From the NCBI GenBank assembly GCA_963823065.1, contig CAWGJX010000001.1, positions 1,437,642 to 1,501,641 of the forward strand: 64,000 bases of DNA. Reading direction: 5' to 3'. The DNA is from an uncultured Bacteroidales bacterium. GTDB taxonomy: Bacteria > Bacteroidota > Bacteroidia > Bacteroidales > VadinHA17. The translations under genes and the position numbers were made by a program. Below the pieces are notes generated by a model. That model made no database searches. It was given only the letters and a program-made list of their open reading frames with translations, and had not been told where the DNA came from. Positions 44,586-54,503 of this stretch are shown here, piece by piece (position 1 is the stretch's first letter; each line of letters begins with the position of its first letter).

Positions 44586-45917
44586 TTATATCATTTCACT
44601 CTCCGGCAGCCCATATTCTTCCTTCATTTCAATTCCCATTGATTTCAGTTCATCCAGAACAGGATTGTAAATCTCAGGAATAACAGGTCTGCATACGCCT
44701 TTTGCCTTTATCCTGTTATCAAGAATCATCCTGACGGCGATTGCTGCGGGCAGGGCAACTGTACGTGAAATTGATGTGTTTGTTGAAGGAGATCCGTAAT
44801 CAAGCATTGATGATTTTATGACTTCTCTTTTTCCATCAGGATAAGACGCCAGAACAATATGCTGTAAAATTACCATGTCGCGTTCGTTATCAGCAAGAGG
44901 CATCTTTTTAATCATTCTGTCAGAGGTTATATCAAAAGGTGATGTGTTGCGATAGTTAAGTTTTTCATCACTGAAAAAGCCAAGAAATTCGAGTGATTTG
45001 ATCGCAGTTGTTTTTTCAGTTGTCCCCAGTAATTTTGCTAAATTGGGTTTGAGATCAGTAATTTCCAATCCGGCCCTTTCTCCCATGAATTCCGCGTAAC
45101 TTTTGTTCTGATAGTTTTTTATAGTATCGTCCAGCATCCTCAGACTCTTCATCGTATCCAGTGTTTCGCACCAGCCTTTGTACCTGAAAGTACCACGATA
45201 CATAGTTTTTGTTTCAGCTATCCCATAAATATCAATATAACTTACAGAATCCCGGTTAGGATAGACCTCAAGATCGCCAATTCCGGGAAAGTTATAGATA
45301 AATGTGTCCTTAAAGAGATTGGAAGTTTCAATATTGACTTTCCTGCCTTTCTTAAGATATAGTGCATTGTTCCTGCTTGCCAGTATGACGCCTTTGGGAC
45401 TCCAGGTAAACTTATATTTTAACGGATTATCAGCTGTCTCAGGAGCGGGAAGCGCTCCGCACATAGAATAGAATTCTTCTACCTTTCCACCCTTGCTGTG
45501 AATATGATCTATAATTCTCATAGCAGTCATATGATCTACACCCGGATCAAGACCAATCTCATTCAAGAACAGTAAGCCTGATTTTTCAACAGCTGTGCTA
45601 AGTTCCTTCATTTCTGGCTGAATATATGAAGTTGTAACCAGTGGTTTCCCGTGGATGAGGCATAATTTTGCAACTTCAGAATGATATTTATAAGGAAGCA
45701 GGCTCACCGTGATATCATAATCAATGATCAGCTTTTCAAGCATGCCAGGGTCATCCATCGACCAATCGATGGAAGTTCCGAGCGGATTCCCCTTTATCAT
45801 TTCATCGGCACGGTCTTTCATCGGGGATGCAATCATTAACCCAATTTTGTTGCCAAGCAGGTATTCAACCATCGGTTTGACTACAAGTCCTGCTCCAAGA
45901 ATTAAAACTTTTTTCAT
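44586..45917 (-). CDS. Saccharopine dehydrogenase family oxidoreductase (LYS9-like)
   Basis: I placed the start at the ATG that gives MKKVLILGAGLVVKP (Rossmann GxGxxG). Downstream motifs include GLDPGVDHM and a saccharopine-DH C-terminal-like region. Confidence 0.8.
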   Translation of the reverse strand: MKKVLILGAGLVVKPMVEYLLGNKIGLMIASPMKDRADEMIKGNPLGTSIDWSMDDPGMLEKLIIDYDITVSLLPYKYHSEVAKLCLIHGKPLVTTSYIQPEMKELSTAVEKSGLLFLNEIGLDPGVDHMTAMRIIDHIHSKGGKVEEFYSMCGALPAPETADNPLKYKFTWSPKGVILASRNNALYLKKGRKVNIETSNLFKDTFIYNFPGIGDLEVYPNRDSVSYIDIYGIAETKTMYRGTFRYKGWCETLDTMKSLRMLDDTIKNYQNKSYAEFMGERAGLEITDLKPNLAKLLGTTEKTTAIKSLEFLGFFSDEKLNYRNTSPFDITSDRMIKKMPLADNERDMVILQHIVLASYPDGKREVIKSSMLDYGSPSTNTSISRTVALPAAIAVRMILDNRIKAKGVCRPVIPEIYNPVLDELKSMGIEMKEEYGLPESEMI

Positions 45918-46010
45918 ATCTACTGATTTATCAATCATCAGCAAGTTATATAAACACTCCGAATGTTTTTATGAGATTTGTTATTATCTCCGATTGTTTA
46001 TTTTTTGCTA

Positions 46011-46199
46011 GCCCGGATTTGTAATCCGGGCTGAAAAAAGACATGGTTGCAACCTGAAAATAGGCGCTGATTACAAATCCGCGCCATCTTCTTGCGAGCT
46101 CGACGAAGTCAAATCCGCGCCAGCTAAGGCGCAAAGGCACAAAGATACACCAAGCTCAAACCTCTCTGGTGTTTCTTAGTGTCTGGGTGTCTTTGTGGC
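46011..46199. repeat. Cluster of GC-rich hairpin repeats (GGATTTGTAATCC family and CACAAAGA family)
   Basis: The cluster contains GCCCGGATT-tgt-AATCCGGGC (46011-46031) and GGCGCTGATTACAAATCCGCGCC (46063-46085). It also contains AAATCCGCGCCagctaaGGCGC (46111-46132) and the inverted pair GGCACAAAGATACACC (46136-46151) with GGGTGTCTTTGTGGCG (46185-46200, running 1 nt past this feature's listed end). Confidence 0.75.
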
Positions 46200-46308
46200 G
46201 ATTCTTTTCATTATTTTATTTACATAAATCAGGATATGTCCGAAAAAATTTGCGCTGTGGAAGGCTTATAATTAATTTGGGTCGTTGCTTCTTTGCCCCG
46301 GAAAAAAT

Positions 46309-46316
46309 TATCTTTG
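46309..46316 (+). promoter_or_regulatory. Candidate -7 box (TAnnTTTG) for mutS
   Basis: TATCTTTG lies 49 nt upstream of ATG 46365. Confidence 0.3.
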
Positions 46317-46364
46317 TCAGTAATAAAAATACCCTTAGAAAACCATATTAATCCGCTACCTGGA

Positions 46365-48974
46365 ATGTCTGATTTTCCGAAGTATGCAGAAACACCGCTG
46401 ATGAAGCAGTATGATAATATCAAGACCAAACATCCTGATGCCATTTTGCTATTCAGAGTAGGAGATTTTTATGAGACCTTTGGTGAAGATGCGATCAGGA
46501 CTTCTGAAATACTTGGTATCACATTAACACGACGGGCTAACGGTTCAAAAACTTTTATTGAACTCGCCGGATTTCCATATCATGCTCTGGATACATATCT
46601 GCCCCGACTTGTAAGAGCCGGACAGCGGGTTGCAATCTGCGAACAACTTGAAGATCCAAAGCTTACAAAAAAAATAGTAAAGAGGGGTATCATCGAACTT
46701 GTGACACCTGGTGTTTCACTTAATGAAAACGTATTAAATCATAAAGAGAACAACTTCCTGGCATCAGTTCATATCGATAAAAAAATAGCCGGAGTGGCAT
46801 TTTTAGATATATCGACCGGAGAATTCCTTACTTCGGAAGGTACTATAGAATATGTGGATCAGATGCTTAATAATTTCCAGCCGAAAGAGGTTTTATTTGA
46901 AAAGGGCAAGAAGGAATTGTTTCTTGAATATTTTGGCCCTAAATTCTATACTTTTAAATTAGATGACTGGATTTTTACTCAGGAAGCAGCAAATGACAGG
47001 TTGCTTAAGCAATTTGAAACCAGTTCTTTAAAGGGGTTTGGAGTCCAGAATCTGAATTTTGGCATTATAGCAGCGGGGGCAATATTATACTATCTCGATA
47101 TAACGCAGCATGATCAGCTTGGACATATTACAAATCTTACAAGAATTGAAGAGAACAGGTATGTGTGGCTCGATAAGTTTACAATAAAAAACCTTGAGTT
47201 ATTTCACTCGCCTTATGAAGGAGCAAGAACTCTCATTGATGTAATGGACCGTACTATATCTCCTATGGGAGGTAGATTACTTAAAAGATGGATTTCACTT
47301 CCGCTTAAAGATATTCAGCCCGTGAATGAGCGGCTCGATGTGGTACAGTATTTTGTTGAAAATAGTGCGATAAGAGATGAAATTGCCGGATTAACCCGTC
47401 AGATCGGTGACCTTGAACGACTTATCTCCAAGGTTGCCGTAAACAGGATTAATCCACGGGAGGTTGTTCAGCTAAAAAGAGCATTGAAAGCAATTGAACC
47501 ACTTAAGGAAATATGCAATCAAAGCGGCTGCATACCTCTTGTTAAAATTGCTGAGCAACTGAACCCATGCAAATTGATTGCTGACAAAATCGAAAATGAG
47601 CTGAATAATGATCCTCCTGTTCAGCTGAACAAAGGAAATGCGATTGCTTCAGGGATATCTGCTGAACTCGATGAACTCCGCAGGATACTATATAATGGGA
47701 AAGACTATCTTTCTGAACTTCAGACTCGCGAAAGTGAACGTACAGGTATAACATCACTAAAGGTTAGCTTTAATAATGTGTTTGGATACTATATTGAAGT
47801 CCGGAATACTCATAAAGATAAAGTTCCCGCCGGGTGGATAAGAAAACAAACCCTGGTGAGCGCAGAGCGTTATATAACGGAGGAACTTAAGGAATATGAA
47901 AGTAAGATACTGGGGGCAGAAGAAAAGATCATTTCACTTGAAAATAAGCTTTTTTCAGATCTGGTACTGGCCATCCTGGAGTATATACCTCCTATACAGT
48001 TAAACTCAACACTTATAGCAAAACTTGATTGCATGCAGTCATTCGCTGTTATTTCAACTGAAAATAATTACACCAGACCTGAACTTAATGAATCGATGGT
48101 ACTCGATATAACTGAAGGCAGGCATCCGGTTATCGAAAAACAATTACCCACAGGTGAGTCATATGTCCCCAATGATATAATTCTTGATGATGAGGATCAA
48201 CAGATCATTATACTTACCGGACCTAACATGTCAGGAAAATCAGCCCTTTTACGCCAGACAGCTCTTATTGTTCTAATGGCTCAGACTGGTTGCTTTGTTC
48301 CGGCAAAGTCAGCAAAAATAGGCATGGTCGACAAGATATTTACAAGAGTTGGTGCATCGGATAACATCAGCCTTGGCGAATCTACCTTTATGGTTGAAAT
48401 GAATGAGACGGCAAGTATCCTGAATAATTTATCTGACCGGAGTCTGGTATTGCTCGATGAAATCGGGAGAGGTACAAGCACGTATGATGGCATTTCAATT
48501 GCATGGGCTATGGTTGAATATCTTCATGAGAATAAGTTTAAAGCTAAAACATTGTTTGCAACTCATTATCATGAACTTAACGAAATGGAAAATTCATTCT
48601 CGAGAGTAAAAAACTATAACGTATCAATAAAGGAACTGAATAATAAAGTAATATTTCTCAGAAAGCTGAAACGGGGAGGGAGCGAGCATAGTTTTGGTAT
48701 ACATGTTGCCAGGATGGCTGGTATGCCAAAGAGTGTTGTAACCCGTGCAGATGAAATACTCAAGGAACTTGAACAGAGTCACGATAAAAAGGAGTTATCA
48801 AAACCAATTGCCGGCCTGGCAGATCACAGGGAAGGAATGCAACTTAGCATCTTCCAGCTCGATGATCCGGTTTTGAAACAAATACGTGATGAAATTCTTG
48901 AAATTGATATAGATAATCTTACTCCTGTTGAAGCGCTGAACAAACTATATAATATTAAGAAAGTGCTTAAATGA
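46365..48974 (+). CDS. mutS: DNA mismatch repair protein MutS
   Basis: From ATG 46365 the product reads [43 protein letters not shown]. It has Walker [21 protein letters not shown] and FATHYHEL. Confidence 0.95.
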   Translation: MSDFPKYAETPLMKQYDNIKTKHPDAILLFRVGDFYETFGEDAIRTSEILGITLTRRANGSKTFIELAGFPYHALDTYLPRLVRAGQRVAICEQLEDPKLTKKIVKRGIIELVTPGVSLNENVLNHKENNFLASVHIDKKIAGVAFLDISTGEFLTSEGTIEYVDQMLNNFQPKEVLFEKGKKELFLEYFGPKFYTFKLDDWIFTQEAANDRLLKQFETSSLKGFGVQNLNFGIIAAGAILYYLDITQHDQLGHITNLTRIEENRYVWLDKFTIKNLELFHSPYEGARTLIDVMDRTISPMGGRLLKRWISLPLKDIQPVNERLDVVQYFVENSAIRDEIAGLTRQIGDLERLISKVAVNRINPREVVQLKRALKAIEPLKEICNQSGCIPLVKIAEQLNPCKLIADKIENELNNDPPVQLNKGNAIASGISAELDELRRILYNGKDYLSELQTRESERTGITSLKVSFNNVFGYYIEVRNTHKDKVPAGWIRKQTLVSAERYITEELKEYESKILGAEEKIISLENKLFSDLVLAILEYIPPIQLNSTLIAKLDCMQSFAVISTENNYTRPELNESMVLDITEGRHPVIEKQLPTGESYVPNDIILDDEDQQIIILTGPNMSGKSALLRQTALIVLMAQTGCFVPAKSAKIGMVDKIFTRVGASDNISLGESTFMVEMNETASILNNLSDRSLVLLDEIGRGTSTYDGISIAWAMVEYLHENKFKAKTLFATHYHELNEMENSFSRVKNYNVSIKELNNKVIFLRKLKRGGSEHSFGIHVARMAGMPKSVVTRADEILKELEQSHDKKELSKPIAGLADHREGMQLSIFQLDDPVLKQIRDEILEIDIDNLTPVEALNKLYNIKKVLK

Positions 48975-49027
48975 GTGACTGTCATCTATATTAAATTCAC
49001 ATTTACAATTAATAATAAAACATATCT

Positions 49028-50335
49028 ATGATTTTTAGATTGATTGGAAACGTATACTTAATACTTAACTTTTTTGTCATTTATTTCCTTTCGGTTGGGG
49101 TTGCATCGGGCCAGGAATATAATGCTGAAGGTTTAAACTTGTTACCAAAGATTTTCTCTCTTAAACAGGATACAGCAAAAGAAAAAAAAGTGTTTACTGC
49201 TGCTCCTGATACCAATTTTACCTGGCAGAAATACGAGTCCTTCCTGAAGAAAATTTCAGATACCAGCAAATATATTGTACTTCCTCTCAACGAATTCAGA
49301 CAGACCTTCAATAGCAAAAAGATAGTGATCGGATTACGGCATGATGTTGATATTGACCTGAATGTGGCTTACGAATTTTCTAAAATTGAGTCAAATCTTG
49401 GTTTCCGATCGACCTACTTCATATTGCATACTGCTCCATATTATCTTGCAGATCAAAATAATATGGCTGTTCATTCCGAGAAGATCATCCCCATTCTGAA
49501 GAAAATGCAGGATGAAAAGCACTTTGAAATCGGATGGCATAATGATTTAGTAACACTACAGGTGATCTACAATATTGATCCCGTAGTTTTTTTGCATAAT
49601 GAACTTAGCTGGTTGCGTGCAAATGGATTGAAGATATATGGGACAGCTGCTCACGGATCGGGTTACTGCAAGACATACCATTACATGAATTTCTATTTCT
49701 TCCAGGAATGCAGTTATCCTATACTTGTCGGAAGGGAAAATAATGTTACAGTACCAAAAGATGGAAAGCTGATCACAATAAAGAAAGGTCATCTCAGTGA
49801 TTTTAAACTTGAATATGAAGCATATTTTCTTAATAATAACAAGGCATATTCAGATGCCGTAATAAATGATGGAGTCCGATGGAATATTGGAATGCTTGAC
49901 CTCAGTCTTCTCAAACCAGGAGACAGGATTATCATTCTCCTTCATCCTATTCACTGGCACAAAGGTTCTGAGAATGCAAAAATTGAAAAATTCAGTATAA
50001 TTGGACAAAAGTTGAGTTATATTGACAGCACCAACTGCCGGATTTCGGTAGAAATGCCTGCAGGAACAGATTTAAGTTCACTTAAATCCTCATTTCAACT
50101 CTCTTTGGGTGCGTATGCGAAAGTTTCAGGTAAACATCAGACAAGTGATATTTCAATAAATAACTTTAATAATCCGATAATATACACGGTTTTTGCTGAA
50201 AACAGGGACATAAAGAAGGAATGGACTGTTGAAGTATTTAATGGAAAACCTTATCCGGATATTGTCTCAAGCGACTTACCAGGTCTGATAGAACGGGCGA
50301 AGCCTCAGACACCTGACAAAGTAACATTAAAGTAA
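49028..50335 (+). CDS. Hypothetical secreted protein; possible deacetylase/glycosidase-fold domain plus a C-terminal Ig-like domain
   Basis: 435 aa with a signal peptide. GLRHDVDIDLN...STYFILH...GWHND is reminiscent of polysaccharide-deacetylase-like (beta/alpha)7 proteins. The assignment is weak. Confidence 0.35.
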   Translation: MIFRLIGNVYLILNFFVIYFLSVGVASGQEYNAEGLNLLPKIFSLKQDTAKEKKVFTAAPDTNFTWQKYESFLKKISDTSKYIVLPLNEFRQTFNSKKIVIGLRHDVDIDLNVAYEFSKIESNLGFRSTYFILHTAPYYLADQNNMAVHSEKIIPILKKMQDEKHFEIGWHNDLVTLQVIYNIDPVVFLHNELSWLRANGLKIYGTAAHGSGYCKTYHYMNFYFFQECSYPILVGRENNVTVPKDGKLITIKKGHLSDFKLEYEAYFLNNNKAYSDAVINDGVRWNIGMLDLSLLKPGDRIIILLHPIHWHKGSENAKIEKFSIIGQKLSYIDSTNCRISVEMPAGTDLSSLKSSFQLSLGAYAKVSGKHQTSDISINNFNNPIIYTVFAENRDIKKEWTVEVFNGKPYPDIVSSDLPGLIERAKPQTPDKVTLK

Positions 50336-50418
50336 ATGTAGCCATCGATTAACATTCTTTATTAGCATTTTTCAACATTATTATAATTTATTTGTCATAT
50401 TATTTTAATCTTCCTCTC

Positions 50419-53202
50419 ATGAAAAAATATTGTTATTCGCATTTTTCTTTTTTATTATGCTTACTTTCTTTTTCCATGCCGGTAAGTTCTCAGACTGGTA
50501 CAGTAAAACAGGAAAAGCTGACGAAATTTGAATTGCAATCCTCTGTATTAATTAATTCATCAGGAGCTGAAATCTCAACCGCCGCTTATAAATCGAAGGT
50601 CTATTGGTTTCCTGTAAGCGTTCCATCTACAGTTCTTACAGGGCTGGTCGCTAATAAAATCTATCCTGATCCTTACGCCGGGTTAAACAATATGTTGATT
50701 CCCGATGCTTCAGATGAATTCAACAAAAAATACAATCTTGAGCAATATAGTTTTCTGCCGGATAATCCCAATCCATGGAAAAAGCCATACTGGTATCGTT
50801 CCGCTTTTAATGTTCCCGAAAAAGATAAAGGAAGATGCTTTCAGTTAATATTCAAGGGTATCAATTATCGTGCTGCAGTATGGCTGAATGGCAAACAGAT
50901 AACTGACTCAACAGAGATGGCGGGAATGTTTGCTGAGTACAGTCTCGATGTAAGTAACCAGATAAAGCCAGGTGAAGAAAATGTACTTGCTGTAAAAATT
51001 TATCCTCTTGATTTTCCCGGATTACCTGCGACAGAACAACTGAAGGCATTGGGTGATTTTTTTGAAAATGGAGGCCCTACAGGGGATATAGGAAAGAATG
51101 TCACAATGCTTTGCTCTGTGGGCTGGGATTGGATACCCCCGGTCAGAGATCGTAATATGGGAATCTGGCTTCCTGTATATCTGCGTACTTCCGGTGGTGT
51201 AACTATTACTGATCCGAAAATTGTAACGTCTTTGCCAAAACTTCCTGATACAACAATCGCCTCAATATCAGTGAATCTTAAATTAAAAAACCATTTTAAA
51301 ACAGAAGAAAAAGGAAAATTAACGATATCAATTTCACCTGAAAACTTTAAGGGAAAACTTATTCAGTTCTCGAAAAATGTATCAATTACAAAAAATGGTC
51401 CGGCTGTTATTGATCTGAATGGTGATAATACAAAAGAATTAAATATCAGCAACCCGATGTTATGGTGGCCTAATGGTTATGGCAGACCTAATCTTTACAG
51501 GATCAGATTTCAGTATGCTAACAGCTCGGGAATTTCAGATGATACTACCTTCATTTTTGGTATCCGTACGGTAAGTACAAAAGCAACAGATGTTAAGGGT
51601 TCGTACCGGCGTGATTTCTACGTTAATGATAAACGTATTCATATTACAGGAGGAGCCTGGGTTCCTGACATGATGCTTAACCGCGATTCTGTCAGATATG
51701 ATTATGAATTACATCTATGCAGGAATTCAAATATTAATCTGGTAAGAATCTGGGGAGGTGGCGTTACTCCCTGTGATGAGTTTTTTGAAGCCGCCGACAG
51801 ATACGGATTGCTGGTATGGTCGGATTTCTGGATTACAGGAGATACTCAGGGTGAATTCAAAGGTTCATCTGACTGGCCTCTGGAAGCAAATGTTTTTACT
51901 AAAAATGTTATAAGTACAATCCTCAGGATCAGGAATCATCCCAGTCTTCTGGTCTGGACAGGTGGAAATGAAGGTCATGCCCGTAAGGAATTATATGATG
52001 TTATGAGAGAAAGTATTATAACTCTTGACGGTACAAGGCCTTTTATTCCCAGCTCATCGGGTTTTGCTAAGCTTCCTGCAGGATGGGATGGGGCATGGCC
52101 CGATAATCTGCCATCCGGAGTTTATAGTGGCGGTCCTTATAGCTGGCAGGATCCAAAAGTCTACTTTTCAAAGGCAATTGCCGGCGGGGATTGGGTTTTT
52201 AAAGACGAAACAGGTATTCCTTCCCAGCCGCCATATAATATTATGCCGAAAATAATCCCTGATCTGGTGTGGGACAAAAAATTACCTTTCCCTCTCAATA
52301 ATACATGGGGTTATCACGACGCTGCAACAGGAAATGGCAGATATGATCTTTATTACAAAGAGATGATAAAAAGATACGGCGAACCTTCGAGCATGGAAGA
52401 TTTTTGCAATAAGATGCAATTGATGAATGCGATTGGTTATCAGGGTATTTTCGAAGCAGCAGGTTCCAAACTGAATGATATTGGTGGCGTAATGTTATGG
52501 AAGGTCAATGCAGCATTCCCGAGTGTGATATGGCAGGTTTATGATTGGTTCCTGATGCCAAACGCTGGTTATTATTCAATGCAAAATGCCTGCGAGCCTG
52601 TTCATATACAATTGAATCCGATTGATCTCAAAGTTTCGGCAATTAACAGATCCTACAAGAAATCCTTAGGGTTGACAGCAACTGTAGATATCTTTGGAAT
52701 AGATTCAAAATCTATATTTCATGAAGAAAAAAATATAGATCTGGCTGAAACCGATGTAAAAGAGACAAATTCATTAGCAGCTGTTTTATCAACTGCTAAT
52801 GGTGTGAACTTTGTAGTTTTAAATCTTAAAAACAGCTCGGGTAAAATAATCTCTCATAATGTCTACTGGTTATCTAAAGGCGATTACAAATCTTTAAATG
52901 ACATGCCTGCAACCAGCGTAGTTGCAAAAGTACTTTCGACAAACAAGGGGAAAAGCGAAACCAGCTGGACTATTCAGATCGAGAATAAAACCGGCAAATT
53001 GGCATTTTTTATCCGTCCTCAGCTTATAAGCGGGGAGGATGAAGTATTGCCCAGTTACTGGACTGCAAATTACATATCGCTGGCACCTTCTGAATCAGCT
53101 ACAATTATGGTTAGCTGCCCGAATGCCAGGTTGAATGGCAAAGAAATCAGTATAAAGATATCCGGATGGAACGTCACTCTTCAAAACCTTAAAATTAATT
53201 AG
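50419..53202 (+). CDS. Glycoside hydrolase family 2 protein (beta-mannosidase / exo-beta-glucosaminidase-like)
   Basis: I placed the start at ATG 50419, giving the signal peptide MKKYCYSHFSFLLCLLSFSMPVSSQ. It has a GH2 sugar-binding region (FKGINYRAAVWLNGKQI), an Ig-like region, and a TIM barrel with NLVRIWGGG and the acid/base motif WTGGNEG. Confidence 0.8.
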   Translation: MKKYCYSHFSFLLCLLSFSMPVSSQTGTVKQEKLTKFELQSSVLINSSGAEISTAAYKSKVYWFPVSVPSTVLTGLVANKIYPDPYAGLNNMLIPDASDEFNKKYNLEQYSFLPDNPNPWKKPYWYRSAFNVPEKDKGRCFQLIFKGINYRAAVWLNGKQITDSTEMAGMFAEYSLDVSNQIKPGEENVLAVKIYPLDFPGLPATEQLKALGDFFENGGPTGDIGKNVTMLCSVGWDWIPPVRDRNMGIWLPVYLRTSGGVTITDPKIVTSLPKLPDTTIASISVNLKLKNHFKTEEKGKLTISISPENFKGKLIQFSKNVSITKNGPAVIDLNGDNTKELNISNPMLWWPNGYGRPNLYRIRFQYANSSGISDDTTFIFGIRTVSTKATDVKGSYRRDFYVNDKRIHITGGAWVPDMMLNRDSVRYDYELHLCRNSNINLVRIWGGGVTPCDEFFEAADRYGLLVWSDFWITGDTQGEFKGSSDWPLEANVFTKNVISTILRIRNHPSLLVWTGGNEGHARKELYDVMRESIITLDGTRPFIPSSSGFAKLPAGWDGAWPDNLPSGVYSGGPYSWQDPKVYFSKAIAGGDWVFKDETGIPSQPPYNIMPKIIPDLVWDKKLPFPLNNTWGYHDAATGNGRYDLYYKEMIKRYGEPSSMEDFCNKMQLMNAIGYQGIFEAAGSKLNDIGGVMLWKVNAAFPSVIWQVYDWFLMPNAGYYSMQNACEPVHIQLNPIDLKVSAINRSYKKSLGLTATVDIFGIDSKSIFHEEKNIDLAETDVKETNSLAAVLSTANGVNFVVLNLKNSSGKIISHNVYWLSKGDYKSLNDMPATSVVAKVLSTNKGKSETSWTIQIENKTGKLAFFIRPQLISGEDEVLPSYWTANYISLAPSESATIMVSCPNARLNGKEISIKISGWNVTLQNLKIN

Positions 53203-53296
53203 CTAGTTCTATACTTTACCGGGTTCCCTCATCTTTGCGACATCTTTAGCTGTCACTGGCGGAGCTTTATTTACCCAGGATCAGCGGATCAAAACA

Positions 53297-53791
53297 TTAG
53301 TTTACCTTATCGTAAAAGTATGATCCGGTAGTTTCATTACCCGACATCTTGTTAGTGAATTCAAGTGTCAGAAATTTACCTTCATTATCTAATTTCCAGG
53401 TTTCCCTGGCAACCATATCTTCCATGCCATTATTGCCGTTGAAGGTAGTGGTAGATGCTATCAATATAGAACCATCTGAATCGGAATGAGTTGCAGTTGA
53501 TGTTCTGGGCATGTCATAAATAACAATTTTATTGTCCTTTCCATCCAAAGATATTTTTTCATCAAAAGGGTATTCCTGACCATCACCATTTTCGTAAACA
53601 CGTGTAGTAATTATACTATCTGATTTAAGCTGAATCGTTATTTTAGAAAGCAATAATTGATTATCTGCAATTACACTTTTCTCCCTGTTTATTTTCCATT
53701 CTCCAGTAATATCGGCTTTCTGTGCAGAAGCGTTAAAAATAGAAACCAGTAACAGAAATAAAATGGTTGTAAAAATTGTTTGTTTTTTCAT
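53297..53791 (-). CDS. Hypothetical secreted small beta-rich protein
   Basis: I placed the start at the ATG that gives the signal peptide MKKQTIFTTILFLLLVSIFNASAQ. No motif recognised. Confidence 0.5.
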   Translation of the reverse strand: MKKQTIFTTILFLLLVSIFNASAQKADITGEWKINREKSVIADNQLLLSKITIQLKSDSIITTRVYENGDGQEYPFDEKISLDGKDNKIVIYDMPRTSTATHSDSDGSILIASTTTFNGNNGMEDMVARETWKLDNEGKFLTLEFTNKMSGNETTGSYFYDKVN

Positions 53792-53850
53792 AATTACAGT
53801 TTTAAGTAAGTAATTCACAATTCCCAAAATTACTTCTTAAAATATGATTA

Positions 53851-54255
53851 TCAAAAATACTTCCTGAATTTATCCCCGATTTTGAAATAGGTATATCTCC
53901 CGGCATCCTCTCCTTCAATATGCAATGAGTCACCATCAGTTTCAAAAGTGCTGTGTTCCCCTACAATGCGTGAAAAAAAAACGTTATGAAACTGTTCTTT
54001 TTCATCCTGAAGAATAACATGTACAAGATTTTTATCAATATCCGATATAAGCGAAGCGTTGCATAAAGGACAGTAAAACTCGAGCAATTCTCCAGTCTTG
54101 ATTTCGAAAGAACGATGCTTATGACTTGTATAATTTCCTATCTGAGGGCTGAGAAGCATCAGGCAAGACTGTTTTTTACTGTTCTTCACTTTGAAAATAA
54201 CATTCTCACCTACCCTTAGATATTCATTGCATTCCGGACATAAAAAATCATTCAT
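53851..54255 (-). CDS. Hypothetical zinc-ribbon protein
   Basis: 134 aa with two CxxC pairs (CPEC near the N-terminus, CPLC at about residue 62). Confidence 0.5.
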   Translation of the reverse strand: MNDFLCPECNEYLRVGENVIFKVKNSKKQSCLMLLSPQIGNYTSHKHRSFEIKTGELLEFYCPLCNASLISDIDKNLVHVILQDEKEQFHNVFFSRIVGEHSTFETDGDSLHIEGEDAGRYTYFKIGDKFRKYF

Positions 54256-54503
54256 TTTTGCTTCCTTTTAGCGCAATATGTAAACAAAAAAAATACGGGT
54301 TTTGTTGCAATAAAATAACATTGATCCAGCGATTTTCAGAATTTCGTCATTAAATACTCAAGGACATGCATAACTATTATATTAAGATAAAATTTCAAAT
54401 ATTGTAACTATTAGTGTAACAAAAAACTCCATTGGTCGTTTAAAAAAACATATTGGTCACCGAAAACCTGTCATTCGTCAAAAATAGCTAAATACACGAG
54501 ATT

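Noticed and set aside
44586-45917. Functional link between the saccharopine dehydrogenase (lysine metabolism) and the predicted lysine-polymer synthetase
   Set aside because: The genes are about 35 kb apart and separated by unrelated housekeeping operons. Proximity gives no support.
45946-46140. 64-aa minus-strand ORF between the saccharopine dehydrogenase and mutS genes
   Set aside because: It is composed almost entirely of translated GC-rich hairpin repeats (WRGFDF, WRGFVI, PDYKSG). It has no plausible start context and is most likely spurious.
41400-46200. Possibility that the GC-rich intergenic repeats form a CRISPR array
   Set aside because: The repeats are heterogeneous palindromes and occur singly or in inverted pairs. 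They are not regularly spaced by unique spacers, and no cas genes are present.
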